Source: Candidatus Latescibacterota bacterium (GTDB taxonomy: Bacteria > Latescibacterota > UBA2968 > GCA-2709665). From it: DNA of 64,000 nucleotides. Numbering within the stretch: the stretch's first letter is position 1; every line of letters begins with the position of its first letter. Positions 1 to 9,497 of the stretch are shown in pieces. The DNA is taken from the NCBI GenBank assembly GCA_965219455.1, contig OZ244744.1:672001-736000 (forward strand). The letters run 5' to 3'. Both the position numbers and the translations under genes were made by a program. Under the pieces are notes generated by a model. That model searched no databases, was not told the DNA's origin, and saw only the letters and a program-made list of their open reading frames with translations.

Positions 1-58
1 AAACGCCGCTGGTGGTCAAACGGAAGCTCCGAACCGCCGCTCGTGGGACTACTGGAAG

Positions 59-508
59 ATGCCGGTATGGTTCGGCCTGGGACTATGCATTCTTCAGGTG
101 CTGATCGCCGCAATTCGCTTCGGTACGATGGATGACGCGAACCCATATGGGTTGCTCGTTGCGATTCCGAGCATCCTTTCCGGACTGGTCCTGTTCTTCA
201 TCGCCGGTACCCTGATCGGATTGCTGGCGCAACGCCTGTTGAGGGGCGTTGGCGGAACCCCGCGCATTTTGTTACTGGTTGGATTGGCGGTGGCGACCCC
301 GCTTGCGGTACTGTTCAGTCTGGTAGGCGGATTGCTCGGGCCTCATATGGTGGTCATCTACGCCCTCGCTCCATTTCTGGTCCTGGTCGGAATTCCGATG
401 CTGATCCGCGCGATCTGGCTCCGTTTACGCAGTGCCGAGACCCCCGGGGCGGATTCTGAGGCTGGACCGGATGAAGATGGCGCCGGCTACACCAGACGTC
501 CCGATTGA
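59..508 (+). CDS. Hypothetical integral membrane protein (about 4 TM), possibly 5'-truncated by the window edge
   Basis: 149-aa ORF with four hydrophobic segments; the frame is open back to position 2. Confidence 0.6.
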   Translation: MPVWFGLGLCILQVLIAAIRFGTMDDANPYGLLVAIPSILSGLVLFFIAGTLIGLLAQRLLRGVGGTPRILLLVGLAVATPLAVLFSLVGGLLGPHMVVIYALAPFLVLVGIPMLIRAIWLRLRSAETPGADSEAGPDEDGAGYTRRPD

Positions 509-811
509 TCGACAAATCCGTATCGCCAAAACCCGCGGACCGGGGAATCCCTCGGTCCGCTTTCCATGTACGGCGCGACTGAAACCCAAAACGCGCCGTG
601 AACCGGTATATCCGGCACGGCGCGCAGCGGAATCCCGGGGAGCCGGGTGGTGGCGCTTTCCACCGCCACCACGCCCGGGTATCAGCCCTCGGGATCGTCG
701 TAGAAGCGCTTCAGGCGATGTCAAATGAAGATTGACCGTCGCGGCAGACAAATTTCCGGGCGCGATCCACAAGGGATTGGCCCGGTTTGTTTACTTCGAA
801 GATTTTGACCG

Positions 812-1207
812 TCATTGCTCCCGTCTCGGCTTCTCGGCCATCAGGGCCATAAGATTCATCTCGGAGTCCCGGAAGAAGGCCATCCAGAGTTCATGGTCGG
901 GCATATCGGCAATCTTGTGAGGTCCACTGTCGAACGTTACTCCCCGAGAACGCAGTACGTCGCACGTGCCTTCCAGGTCCTCCACCTTGTAATAGAGTAT
1001 GGAAGCGTTCACGTCCGACGATTCATCTTCCGAAAGACCGAGCAGGAGCCGGACGCACGAACAATTGAAAAAGGCCATCCTGGGAACGCGGAAGAGGAAT
1101 TGCATACCCAGTTGATCGCGATAGAACTCGACCGCACGGTCGAGATCCTGGACGGTCACCGAAATCTGACCGATGACCGACAGTCCCAAGCTGTTATCCT
1201 GCGACAT
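812..1207 (-). CDS. VOC/glyoxalase/bleomycin-resistance family protein
   Basis: IGQISVTVQDLDRAVEFYRDQLG and WMAFFRDSEMNLMAL motifs; ATG at 1207 preceded by AGGAGGA RBS. Confidence 0.9.
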   Translation of the reverse strand: MSQDNSLGLSVIGQISVTVQDLDRAVEFYRDQLGMQFLFRVPRMAFFNCSCVRLLLGLSEDESSDVNASILYYKVEDLEGTCDVLRSRGVTFDSGPHKIADMPDHELWMAFFRDSEMNLMALMAEKPRREQ

Positions 1208-1280
1208 GGCGAATCCTCCTTTATTGGGTTGGATGTTTACCCAAATATAAGGACATCCGTCGTCGAACACTTCTTTGAAA

Positions 1281-2216
1281 TCACTTTTTTGTATTGCGAA
1301 ATCCCGTCGGGGAAACTCCGAAACGCCGGCGAAACAGCCAGGAGAACGAACCCGGACTCTCGAATCCGACGGCGAGGGCAACCTCCGTTACGGAGCGATC
1401 CGTATCGGTAAGGAGAATCGCGGCTCGCGCCAGGCGGGTCGATACCAGGAATTGGTGCGGCGTTTGCCCCAGAATCTGCTTGAAAGTCCGCAGAAAGTGA
1501 TTGACGGACAGGCACGCAACGCCAGCCATGTCGTCTAACGAAATGGACTCCGCGTAAGCGAAGCAGATAAAATCCCGAGCCCTATGGATTCGCTTGTAAA
1601 GCTCTGTTCGAGTTGAAGCCCGAATTGCCTCCACCGCCTGGACTTCCTGATCCACCCGACCCTGCACCCGCAGCAGTCTCTCCATGATTACGTGCATCTG
1701 CTCATCGAGCCACCCGGATTCCTGCCGACGCCGGGGATACGACGCTTCAAGACTGTTCAACGCGGGCGTGAGGATATCGTCATGAGGACGTGTCACCTGG
1801 AAAAATTCCACATGTGGCGGGACACCGTCCGGGTCATCAACAAGCGTACGTGCATCCACGTTTCGGGTGCGCAGGACTTCCTCAGCGAACCCATCGCGAA
1901 AGAAGATGCAAAATGCGTCTACCACGCGCGCGGAATCAATACCAATCGTATATTCCTGATCACGGTTCAACACGAGGTATGATCGTTCATCCACCTGAAT
2001 GTCGTGGCCGTCCACTCGGTAGTTCGCGGCCCCATTCCGGAACGACTTGAGGGAGAGCAACCCTCGGCCTTGCCAGTGATAATTCGCCGCGGAAGCCTGT
2101 AGCACATGATTGGAATCGGGTGACAAATCAGCCGTCTCCGGTCTGTGCAGAATACCCTGACATTCCAACGATATCGGACCGATAACCGAAAGGCCGAAGC
2201 TGGTGTCCTGCGTCAA
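1281..2216 (-). CDS. AraC family transcriptional regulator
   Basis: C-terminal double HTH (SLDDMAGVACLSVNHFLRTFKQ...SVTEVALAVGFESPGSFSWLFRRRFGVSP); TTG start. Confidence 0.9.
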   Translation of the reverse strand: MTQDTSFGLSVIGPISLECQGILHRPETADLSPDSNHVLQASAANYHWQGRGLLSLKSFRNGAANYRVDGHDIQVDERSYLVLNRDQEYTIGIDSARVVDAFCIFFRDGFAEEVLRTRNVDARTLVDDPDGVPPHVEFFQVTRPHDDILTPALNSLEASYPRRRQESGWLDEQMHVIMERLLRVQGRVDQEVQAVEAIRASTRTELYKRIHRARDFICFAYAESISLDDMAGVACLSVNHFLRTFKQILGQTPHQFLVSTRLARAAILLTDTDRSVTEVALAVGFESPGSFSWLFRRRFGVSPTGFRNTKK

Positions 2217-2400
2217 GACGAAACCCCCTTTACGCTAAATATCGACCCAAATCTACAATTTTCGGTTATCGAAAAGGAACATGGAAAACGACCCGTCGGC
2301 CTTATCGATGTCGCATATTGCGACGCGTTCTACCCTGATTACCCCTACACCCGCTACAGAGCATATTCGACATCATTAGGGGCGTTCCGTCCATTTTGGT

Positions 2401-2428
2401 GTAGGGGCGACCGGCCGGTCGCCCCTAC
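2401..2428. repeat. REP-like perfect palindrome (GTAG-type)
   Basis: gtaggggcgaccggccggtcgcccctac is its own reverse complement; intergenic. Confidence 0.8.
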
Positions 2429-2471
2429 AGATCCGATGCAGTGTTGAGTTAGCGAAATCTGCGCCATCACC

Positions 2472-2497
2472 AGGGCAACCACAAGGGTTGCCCCTAC
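2472..2497. repeat. REP-like element, dispersed family copy
   Basis: agggcaaccacaagggttgcccctac; related copies at 3347, 48131 and 62773. Confidence 0.8.
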
Positions 2498-2523
2498 GAA
2501 GCGGGTCGTGGAATGGGGCGCCC

Positions 2524-3258
2524 CTATGCGCAACGCGATTTCCTTGCCGCCATTTCCCGGATGAATTCCTGCGAGTCAGGGTTCGTTCTCTCGATCTTTT
2601 CGGATTCGAGCTTTTCCCATACCCTGTCACCTTCGACAAATGCGGCGAACCTGACGCTGGCGGCGCGCAGGATCGGTGATCCGTGTCCGAAGCACATTTT
2701 ATCAAAAGCGTATCTTGCCAACTTCCAAAGGGAACTCCGTGCGCGCGTCAGATCGGCGACGAACTCCGGTGCGTTTATCCAGATTTCACCGTCCGGAACC
2801 CCTCGATCCATTCTTCCTCCACAGACCGCATCACCCACAATGATCGTATTTCCATCTCCCCGCACCAGAAACGCGACCTCCTCGGGATAGTGGGCATCGG
2901 GGATATGGATCACTTCGATCCGGTCCCACAGCAAGTCTCCGTCCTGAAAAGTCTCGTCAATCGGCGCTTCGGAATGTTCCAATCCGTCCGCATGGATACG
3001 AATATCGCAACCCCATCGCTCCCTGAATGCTTCGGATTCCCGCAGGTGGTATTCGCAGGTTAGAAGAATGTGCGCGGGCTCGCCCATGGCTACGACTTCC
3101 CTCTCGTCTTCGGCCGAAAGCGGAAGCGGATCGACGAGAATCAGGTCGCCCCGATGACTCGTCCGGATGACAAAGCTGTTCCACGGATAGGGTTCATTCC
3201 TGGCTGCTCCGTGAATCTCGGACCAGCAATAGACATGAGTGAAAATCTGCGAAAGCAT
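2524..3258 (-). CDS. Metallo-beta-lactamase-fold hydrolase-like protein
   Basis: LVDP, ILLTCEYHLRE (degenerate THxHxDH), IIVGDA and CFGHG motifs. Confidence 0.7.
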   Translation of the reverse strand: MLSQIFTHVYCWSEIHGAARNEPYPWNSFVIRTSHRGDLILVDPLPLSAEDEREVVAMGEPAHILLTCEYHLRESEAFRERWGCDIRIHADGLEHSEAPIDETFQDGDLLWDRIEVIHIPDAHYPEEVAFLVRGDGNTIIVGDAVCGGRMDRGVPDGEIWINAPEFVADLTRARSSLWKLARYAFDKMCFGHGSPILRAASVRFAAFVEGDRVWEKLESEKIERTNPDSQEFIREMAARKSRCA

Positions 3259-3346
3259 GATATTCGGCTCCAGGTCCGGCTATCAGCTAAGACCGGTTAG
3301 CGTAACGTCCCGGCGATGTCAACCATCGATATCTGTGGCGCGACGC

Positions 3347-3369
3347 GGACAACCACAAGGGTTGCCCCT
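3347..3369. repeat. REP-like element, degenerate copy
   Basis: ggacaaccacaagggttgcccct matches 2472-2497. Confidence 0.7.
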
Positions 3370-3417
3370 TAAAATCCAATGACGGCGCTTCGAAGGCTGG
3401 AAGCCCGCGGTCCCGGG

Positions 3418-3458
3418 ACCTCTCCCCCCGGCCCCCTCTCCTAAAGGAAAGGGGGAGA
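3418..3458. repeat. C-rich/G-rich intergenic hairpin (second REP-like type)
   Basis: ccccctctcc-taa-aggaaaggggg imperfect stem; single copy in window. Confidence 0.35.
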
Positions 3459-3703
3459 CAAGCGTTGTCCTGTCACGATGTTGCCGTCCTCAAAATACAC
3501 CGTGCTCGGATACCCGCAGTCCAGATGGTCCGCCGTGTCGCTGAGGATATACTCTCGATTCGCGTCGAAACAAAATGGTTCACTTTAGCGTCGTACCGTA
3601 TGTATTCCGGGCGCCCGGTCCTAACGGCGCAGGACCCGCAGTGCGTAGTCCGATCCGCTCATAGATTGGAAACATCCATTCCCATTCTCAATGGAGGTCT
3701 CCC

Positions 3704-4567
3704 ATGACGGAAGAAAAAATCGCTCCGCAGTTCAGCGGCTGGTTAATGCTGTCCGTATCTCTACTGCTTCTGGCCTTGTCCGTGGCCGTGTTCATACACG
3801 GCGTTACCGGTGGCGGTGCCGTTCCCATTGTCTTGTCGATCCTGCTTCTCCTGATCGTGATCGTCTTCCTCACCGGGTTATTCGCAGTGGAACCGAATCA
3901 GTGCGTCGTTCTCCTGCTTTTCGGCGACTATAAGGGTACCGAGACCACCCAGGGATTTCGATGGACCAATCCGTTCAAGAGTCGGACGAAGGTCTCGCTG
4001 CGCGCCAGGAATTTCGACAGCGAACGGCTCAAGGTGAACGACAGCAGGGGCAACCCCATCGAAATCTCCGCCGTCATCGTCTGGAGAGTGCGGGTCGCCG
4101 TACAGGCTTTGTTCGACGTGGACGACTATGAACAATATATAAAGGTTCAGTCGGAATCGGCAATCAGACATCTCGCAACCAGCTACCCCTACGACCAGGC
4201 TGAGGGCGACGAGATCAGCCTCCGATCTTCGATCACGGAGGTATCGGAATCCCTCGGCGCGGAGATCCAGCAGCGCGTCCAGGACGCGGGCGTCCGGATC
4301 GAGGAAGCCAGGATCAACCACCTGGCCTATGCCCCGGAAATCGCCAGCGCCATGTTGCAGCGCCAGCAGGCCGAAGCGGTCATTTCGGCGCGAGCGAAAA
4401 TCGTCGACGGCGCCGTCGGGATGGTGGAAATGGCCGTCAAGCGACTCAGGGACGAGGACGTCATCAGGCTCACGGATGAACAGAGGGCGAAGATGGTCAG
4501 CAACCTGCTCGTGGTCCTCTGCTCGCACGAATCGACGCAGCCCGTGGTCAGCGCCGGATCGCAATAG
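3704..4567 (+). CDS. SPFH/band 7 domain membrane protein
   Basis: Two N-terminal TM helices, LKVNDSRGNPIEISAVIVW, HLAYAPEIASAMLQRQQA; GGAGG RBS. Confidence 0.9.
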   Translation: MTEEKIAPQFSGWLMLSVSLLLLALSVAVFIHGVTGGGAVPIVLSILLLLIVIVFLTGLFAVEPNQCVVLLLFGDYKGTETTQGFRWTNPFKSRTKVSLRARNFDSERLKVNDSRGNPIEISAVIVWRVRVAVQALFDVDDYEQYIKVQSESAIRHLATSYPYDQAEGDEISLRSSITEVSESLGAEIQQRVQDAGVRIEEARINHLAYAPEIASAMLQRQQAEAVISARAKIVDGAVGMVEMAVKRLRDEDVIRLTDEQRAKMVSNLLVVLCSHESTQPVVSAGSQ

Positions 4568-4631
4568 CGTCAGCCGATGGTCACCAAGCGCACGAATAGG
4601 ATTCCGGCGCGGCCACTTTTGCGTTTCCTCT

Positions 4632-5378
4632 TCAGGAATCTCCCGGCGGCGTAAAAGCCAGCAGGATCGTGTCGGCGAATATCCGCCACACCACGGCAAC
4701 GTCGTCGAACCCCGCCCCCGTCATCGCGTGGATGAGGTCTTCCGCGCGGTGTTCGTACTCAACGTCCTTCCCGGCAGCCTTCATCCTTCGTTTGTACTCG
4801 CGCCTGGCGTCGATTTCCTCCCGGGTCACCGTCCCCGATTCAATCGCGTACCTAATGTGACGCTCGCGGTATCGCGACAATTGCAAGCGGACCTCCGCTC
4901 CCCAACCGGGGCCGATCGACATCGTGTCGTAGAGGATGAAACAACCGTTCGGCCGAAGCGCGCCCGCGATCCGCGCAAATAGCGCGGACAAATCGCCGGG
5001 ATGTACGTGGTGAACGGTTTTCCCCGAGAAAACCACGTCGCACGACGGCACCGCGCAACCGGTGATGTCCGCTTCCCTCACCTCGATCCTTCCCGAATAC
5101 GTCGCCAATTTTCGCTTCGCGAGCCGGAGCATCTCGGGTTCGCTGTCTATGCACGTGCCCGTGGCCCGGCGAAAACGTTCCAGCACACGCGCCGTCGGCT
5201 CCGCCGTGCCGCAGCCGAGATCCACAAACTCGAATGGTTCGCCCGGTTCGAAGGGAATCAGATCGACGATCGTCTCCAGGCCCCTCGCGTACGGAGGACT
5301 AAGGACCGGCTGGACCCGATCGTACGATTCCGCGACGTTCGCGAAATAACTGAAATATTCGGACGAAGAATCGCTCAT
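4632..5378 (-). CDS. Class I SAM-dependent methyltransferase
   Basis: VDLGCGTA motif I, IDSEPEML, LRPNGCFI; ATG 5378 with GAGGA RBS. Confidence 0.85.
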   Translation of the reverse strand: MSDSSSEYFSYFANVAESYDRVQPVLSPPYARGLETIVDLIPFEPGEPFEFVDLGCGTAEPTARVLERFRRATGTCIDSEPEMLRLAKRKLATYSGRIEVREADITGCAVPSCDVVFSGKTVHHVHPGDLSALFARIAGALRPNGCFILYDTMSIGPGWGAEVRLQLSRYRERHIRYAIESGTVTREEIDARREYKRRMKAAGKDVEYEHRAEDLIHAMTGAGFDDVAVVWRIFADTILLAFTPPGDS

Positions 5379-5498
5379 GTTCAATCCTCGACCTGATATC
5401 CTTCCAGGATGCCGTGATGCTCCGACAGCCCGTTCCTCGATTGACGCCACTCGTATACAAATTAGCCTGAGACGATTCGATCGCCGCGACCAGGTTGA

Positions 5499-5948
5499 CT
5501 AACCGCCAACAATCGACACGCCGTGTGCCTCCGCAATGCGGCTGATTTTTGAGACGAACTCGTGCTTTATCGTCTGATTTGCGCGATGACTCATTTCGCC
5601 GAATTTCACAGTCGCGCCCTTTCCTCTGCTAACCCGGATTTCCATCCTTGTCGACTCGAAGCGGATTTCGGAAATCGATGCCCAGGGTATTCTGCGGTTC
5701 CTGAAGAGACCTCTGCAGATTTCCAGGCGCCCCTCATGAATCACGATCATGTGTCTGTTGATTCGGCTGTAAAACAAACCCCATAACAGCCACATTGGAC
5801 CGAGGGCCAAATTCAGGAATCCGAAATAGTCATTTCCAGCGCTGAGAAAGAAAATACCGCCAATGATGTGTAAGACTCCAAGCGTAACCGGAAGGACTCT
5901 GAATTGACGGGGCGCCTGGACGGTAAGGTCGATTGTCCGCTTGTCCAT
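5499..5948 (-). CDS. Hypothetical 2-TM membrane protein with bacterial PH-like domain
   Basis: Two TM segments followed by RRIPWASISEIR; ATG 5948 with GAGAGGA RBS. Confidence 0.6.
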   Translation of the reverse strand: MDKRTIDLTVQAPRQFRVLPVTLGVLHIIGGIFFLSAGNDYFGFLNLALGPMWLLWGLFYSRINRHMIVIHEGRLEICRGLFRNRRIPWASISEIRFESTRMEIRVSRGKGATVKFGEMSHRANQTIKHEFVSKISRIAEAHGVSIVGG

Positions 5949-6046
5949 GGTTGCAGGTGTCCTCTCTTGACTGCGCACAGAATGATAGAGCGGGCTTTCA
6001 TCGGGCCGTATCCCGAGGCGATCATCCGGCGGGAGGCCCTGGACGG

Positions 6047-6484
6047 TCATTCCCAGCCGAAACTGTCGTAAAACTTACCATTCAGATAGTTTTCAAAGCC
6101 CCGCCGGACGTAAGGCACCATATTGGCCGGCAGATCGTGAATGGAATACCAGGACAGGTCGTCGCACCTGTGAGGCTCGGCGTTGACAGTGTCGCCGCTC
6201 CACCTGGAGGCGGCAAGGAAGAACGCCACCCGCTCGTCCTCGTCCTTACGGTGAATCACCCCGACCACTTCGATGTCAGAGCTCTCGATGTGGATTCCCG
6301 CCTCTTCCCGGGCTTCCCGTATGGCCGCCGCCCTGACCTCCTCGTTGCCGTCGATGTGCCCCGCGATCACGCTGTACTTCCCATCTTCATACCCCGTATT
6401 GAACCGTCGCAATAGCAGCACTTCGTCGTCGCCGTTCATCAGGAAGACATGCGCTTCCGGAATCAGTTTGAATTTCTTAGACAT
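6047..6484 (-). CDS. NUDIX hydrolase
   Basis: Nudix box GHIDGNEEVRAAAIREAREEAGI. Confidence 0.95.
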   Translation of the reverse strand: MSKKFKLIPEAHVFLMNGDDEVLLLRRFNTGYEDGKYSVIAGHIDGNEEVRAAAIREAREEAGIHIESSDIEVVGVIHRKDEDERVAFFLAASRWSGDTVNAEPHRCDDLSWYSIHDLPANMVPYVRRGFENYLNGKFYDSFGWE

Positions 6485-6573
6485 CTGTCACCTTGTTTTA
6501 GGAAGTTAGCGCGCGGAAAGTGAATTCGGACGCCGGCCGAGGATCGCCATAATGCGTCGGAATCCGACGGTCC

Positions 6574-8406
6574 TTACCTGTAGTGATCTGCCTGTGTGTT
6601 GAACATTTCAGCATACAATCCCCCCTTGGCCATCAGGTCCTCGTGGGAACCCTCTTCAACCAGTTGTCCGTCCCGGAGTATGAGGATGTGTCGGGCTATT
6701 CGGACTGTCGAGAACCGATGCGAGATGAAGATCGTCATCTTGTCGGTCGTCAGTTCGGCGAATTGCTTGTGCAGCTCGTATTCGGCGAAGGCATCAAGTG
6801 CCGCAGTCGGTTCGTCCAATATTACGACCTGCGCCTGCCGCATGAACGCACGGCTGAGCGCCATTTTCTGCCACTCGCCACCTGAAAGGTCCACTCCTTC
6901 GTCCAGCGTCTTACCCAGGATAGTGTCCATCCCACGCGGGAGCTTATTCACAATGTCGGTGGCGCCGCCCTTACGGGCCGCTTCTGCAATCTTCTCCGGA
7001 TCTTTCAACCGATCTACCTGGCCAAAGCCGATGTTTTCCCTGGCTGAAAGGTCGTAATGCACGAAGTCCTGGAAAATGACGCCGATATGCTGGTGGAGTT
7101 CTTTGGGGTCATGATCGCGAAGGTCCCGTCCGTCCAGCAGGATGACACCATCCGTAGGATCGTAGAACCGGGCAAGAAGCTTCACAAGTGTGGTCTTTCC
7201 CACGCCATTCTCGCCGACGATGGCAGCGGACTCGCCAGCCCCGAGAGAAAACGACAGGTTCTTCAGAATGAACCGGTCTGAACCCGGGTAACGGAACGAT
7301 ACATTGCGAAATTCGATTCCCTTGCTGATTTTTCTCGGGACCGGCGCCGGCGAATCCGGTAACGGGGCGAGGGCGCCGTCAAACGACGACGGTTCGAGAT
7401 CGAGAAACCTGAAAAGAGTACCTGCGAAAATCGTATGTTCATAGAAGAGACCCAGATTCGAGAACAGCGATACCAGGCCCGACCTGCTGCGTTCAGCCGC
7501 CTGGAAAGCGAGAGCGACGTCACCCACAGTGATTTGTCTACCGACTGCCCTGACCACTGCAAAGCCCCAAATCGCGGCCGTTCCAGCCATGGAGAGCATA
7601 CCGAAACATAATCCGAACTTCTCCTGGCTGAACCTCAACCGGATTGATTGCTTGACAAAGGTACTCCAGTATCCGGTGAAGCGTTTCAACAGTTCGTCGT
7701 GCAGGCCAAAGATCCGGATTTCCTTCACCGCTTCCCGAGAACCCAGAAGCCGTGAAAGGTAGTCCGCGATTCTCCGGTTTCTGGTGACTGCGCCCGTCAA
7801 CGCATACCTCCTGCCGGCAAAATGGCCACCCACAATCACCTGTGGCAGTGCGCTCAAGACGAGTATCATGACTGCGGCCCAATGCAACTGCAGCAGCAAG
7901 GCCAGCATAGCGATCGTTGACACAGACGACGATACGATGTCTAACGACAACACAGCAAGGTTGTTCGCGCGGTAACCTTCACCCCTCGCTTTCTCCATTT
8001 CGTCAAAGAAATCGGCGTTTTCGAAGAACGCCATATCCAATTCAGACGCCTTGCGAAAAATCAGAGCCTGGGTGTGGTTCCTCACCTGGTGGCCGACTTG
8101 CTCCGATAACATTAGCGAAACGGATTGGCAAATGCCCCCGATCATCCAGACGGCTAGAATGGCGCCGATTGGTGACAGCAACTCGAGCCAATCGATGGCA
8201 CGGATACCGGAATTGTCGCCCAGGGATTCCACGACAGTGTCGATCACGACCTTGGAAATCCATACCTGCGCAACCGGCACAATTGAGTTGAGGATGCTTA
8301 AGAGGAACGCGCAGATTGCATACCACCGGCTCGCCTGCCAGACGAGCTTTAGACACCTGGGATAGTACTTGACGATTTGGCGGATGGCATTCCAAGGATT
8401 GGACAT
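6574..8406 (-). CDS. ABC exporter, fused permease/ATP-binding protein
   Basis: N-terminal TM domain; Walker A GENGVGKT, signature LSGGEWQ, Walker B ILDEPT, H-loop ISHR. Confidence 0.95.
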   Translation of the reverse strand: MSNPWNAIRQIVKYYPRCLKLVWQASRWYAICAFLLSILNSIVPVAQVWISKVVIDTVVESLGDNSGIRAIDWLELLSPIGAILAVWMIGGICQSVSLMLSEQVGHQVRNHTQALIFRKASELDMAFFENADFFDEMEKARGEGYRANNLAVLSLDIVSSSVSTIAMLALLLQLHWAAVMILVLSALPQVIVGGHFAGRRYALTGAVTRNRRIADYLSRLLGSREAVKEIRIFGLHDELLKRFTGYWSTFVKQSIRLRFSQEKFGLCFGMLSMAGTAAIWGFAVVRAVGRQITVGDVALAFQAAERSRSGLVSLFSNLGLFYEHTIFAGTLFRFLDLEPSSFDGALAPLPDSPAPVPRKISKGIEFRNVSFRYPGSDRFILKNLSFSLGAGESAAIVGENGVGKTTLVKLLARFYDPTDGVILLDGRDLRDHDPKELHQHIGVIFQDFVHYDLSARENIGFGQVDRLKDPEKIAEAARKGGATDIVNKLPRGMDTILGKTLDEGVDLSGGEWQKMALSRAFMRQAQVVILDEPTAALDAFAEYELHKQFAELTTDKMTIFISHRFSTVRIARHILILRDGQLVEEGSHEDLMAKGGLYAEMFNTQADHYR

Positions 8407-8592
8407 CTAAACGGCTCCAGAAGCTATTTTCTGTCGCTTCCGCGTGTGCTTTGAGTTGATCTCGGGGCTGAGTCGAAACCGCAGGACAAGGCGGCCAAGT
8501 CGATTCGCGCTGCAAATGCCATAAGAAGTGGGCCCTAAGCCGTTCATCAGGAAGACATGTGCTTCCGGAATCAGTTTGAATTTCTCAGCCAT
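8407..8592 (-). pseudogene. Chimeric stub: first 18 codons of the NUDIX gene fused to unrelated sequence
   Basis: MAEKFKLIPEAHVFLMNG vs NUDIX MSKKFKLIPEAHVFLMNG; 8539-8600 matches 6431-6492 at 57/62 nt. Confidence 0.75.
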
Positions 8593-8867
8593 TTGCCACC
8601 GAGTTGTATGAAGTCTGAGTGCGATATCAGATGGGTTGTCCCGACTTGACGCGATCTCCTCGCGCCTGCACGGGATGGACCCAGGACTAACCAAAGCAAT
8701 GTAACATGCCCGAATTATTCCCTAAAGCAAATTCCGGCAGGGCGGCTTTGCTACAGACATTCCGCGGGTTCCTAGTTGCACTCGCCGAATCATCCCCGTA
8801 ACGCTTCCGTTACTCGTGCGCTCTCGCCGTCTTGCTGACGAAGCCGAACGGGGAAAACAGATCGGTG

Positions 8868-8907
8868 AAAAATAAAGGGTCGAACCGCTTAATCGCAGCC
8901 TCGACCC
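8868..8907 (-). terminator. Intrinsic terminator-like hairpin
   Basis: Minus strand GGGTCGAGGCTGC-GATTAA-GCGGTTCGACCC followed by TTTATTTTT. Confidence 0.65.
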
Positions 8908-9497
8908 ACTAATTAGCTCTGCTGTTGCCTAGCGCGGCTGCGCTTTGCTCGGTCGCAACCAAATACGTGGACGTCAACGCGCAAGCCCGTTTGACAGTGC
9001 AATTACTCCCTCCGTGAGGGGAGTCGCAGAAGGCGAGCCGGCTCCCTGAACCGCCGCGGAGAGCCTGTCAAAGGGCCGGCGACGCCTGACTCGGAATCGG
9101 CGCCGATAGCGACGTGACACGCGAATCCCAGCGACACGAGGGCGACGACACTATCAGGATTCCATTTCTTGAAAACATTCGCGACGCTCCTTCATTCTAA
9201 AGTGGGTTGACGCCGGCACGGCCCCGTATAGAGACCGCGCGTGAACCTGATATTGAGGGATTTCCGTTGACGACCCGGGCCGGCGGGTCGCGCGAGGAGG
9301 GGACCGCCGAGGTGGGATGCGTTTATCCGGCATGCAAATTGGACATCTAATTCGCTGATTCAGTGCCGTACGGATTCAGCTTTCTTTCACGTCTGTGGTT
9401 TCCATATCGACCTCCCTGGCGTCGGGATCAATCCGCATCGGTTCGAAACCTCATCTCATGCTCTCCTCGGCGCACAACGTAAACGATTGCCCGGCCG

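Noticed and set aside
812-8406. Integron-like cassette array of small accessory genes
   Set aside because: No repeated attC (RYYYAAC...GTTRRRY) sites or integrase found; orientations are mixed
8700-9000. c-di-GMP-I or ykkC-type riboswitch, tmRNA or tRNA
   Set aside because: Conserved core motifs could not be matched on either strand; no tRNA or rRNA recognised anywhere in the window
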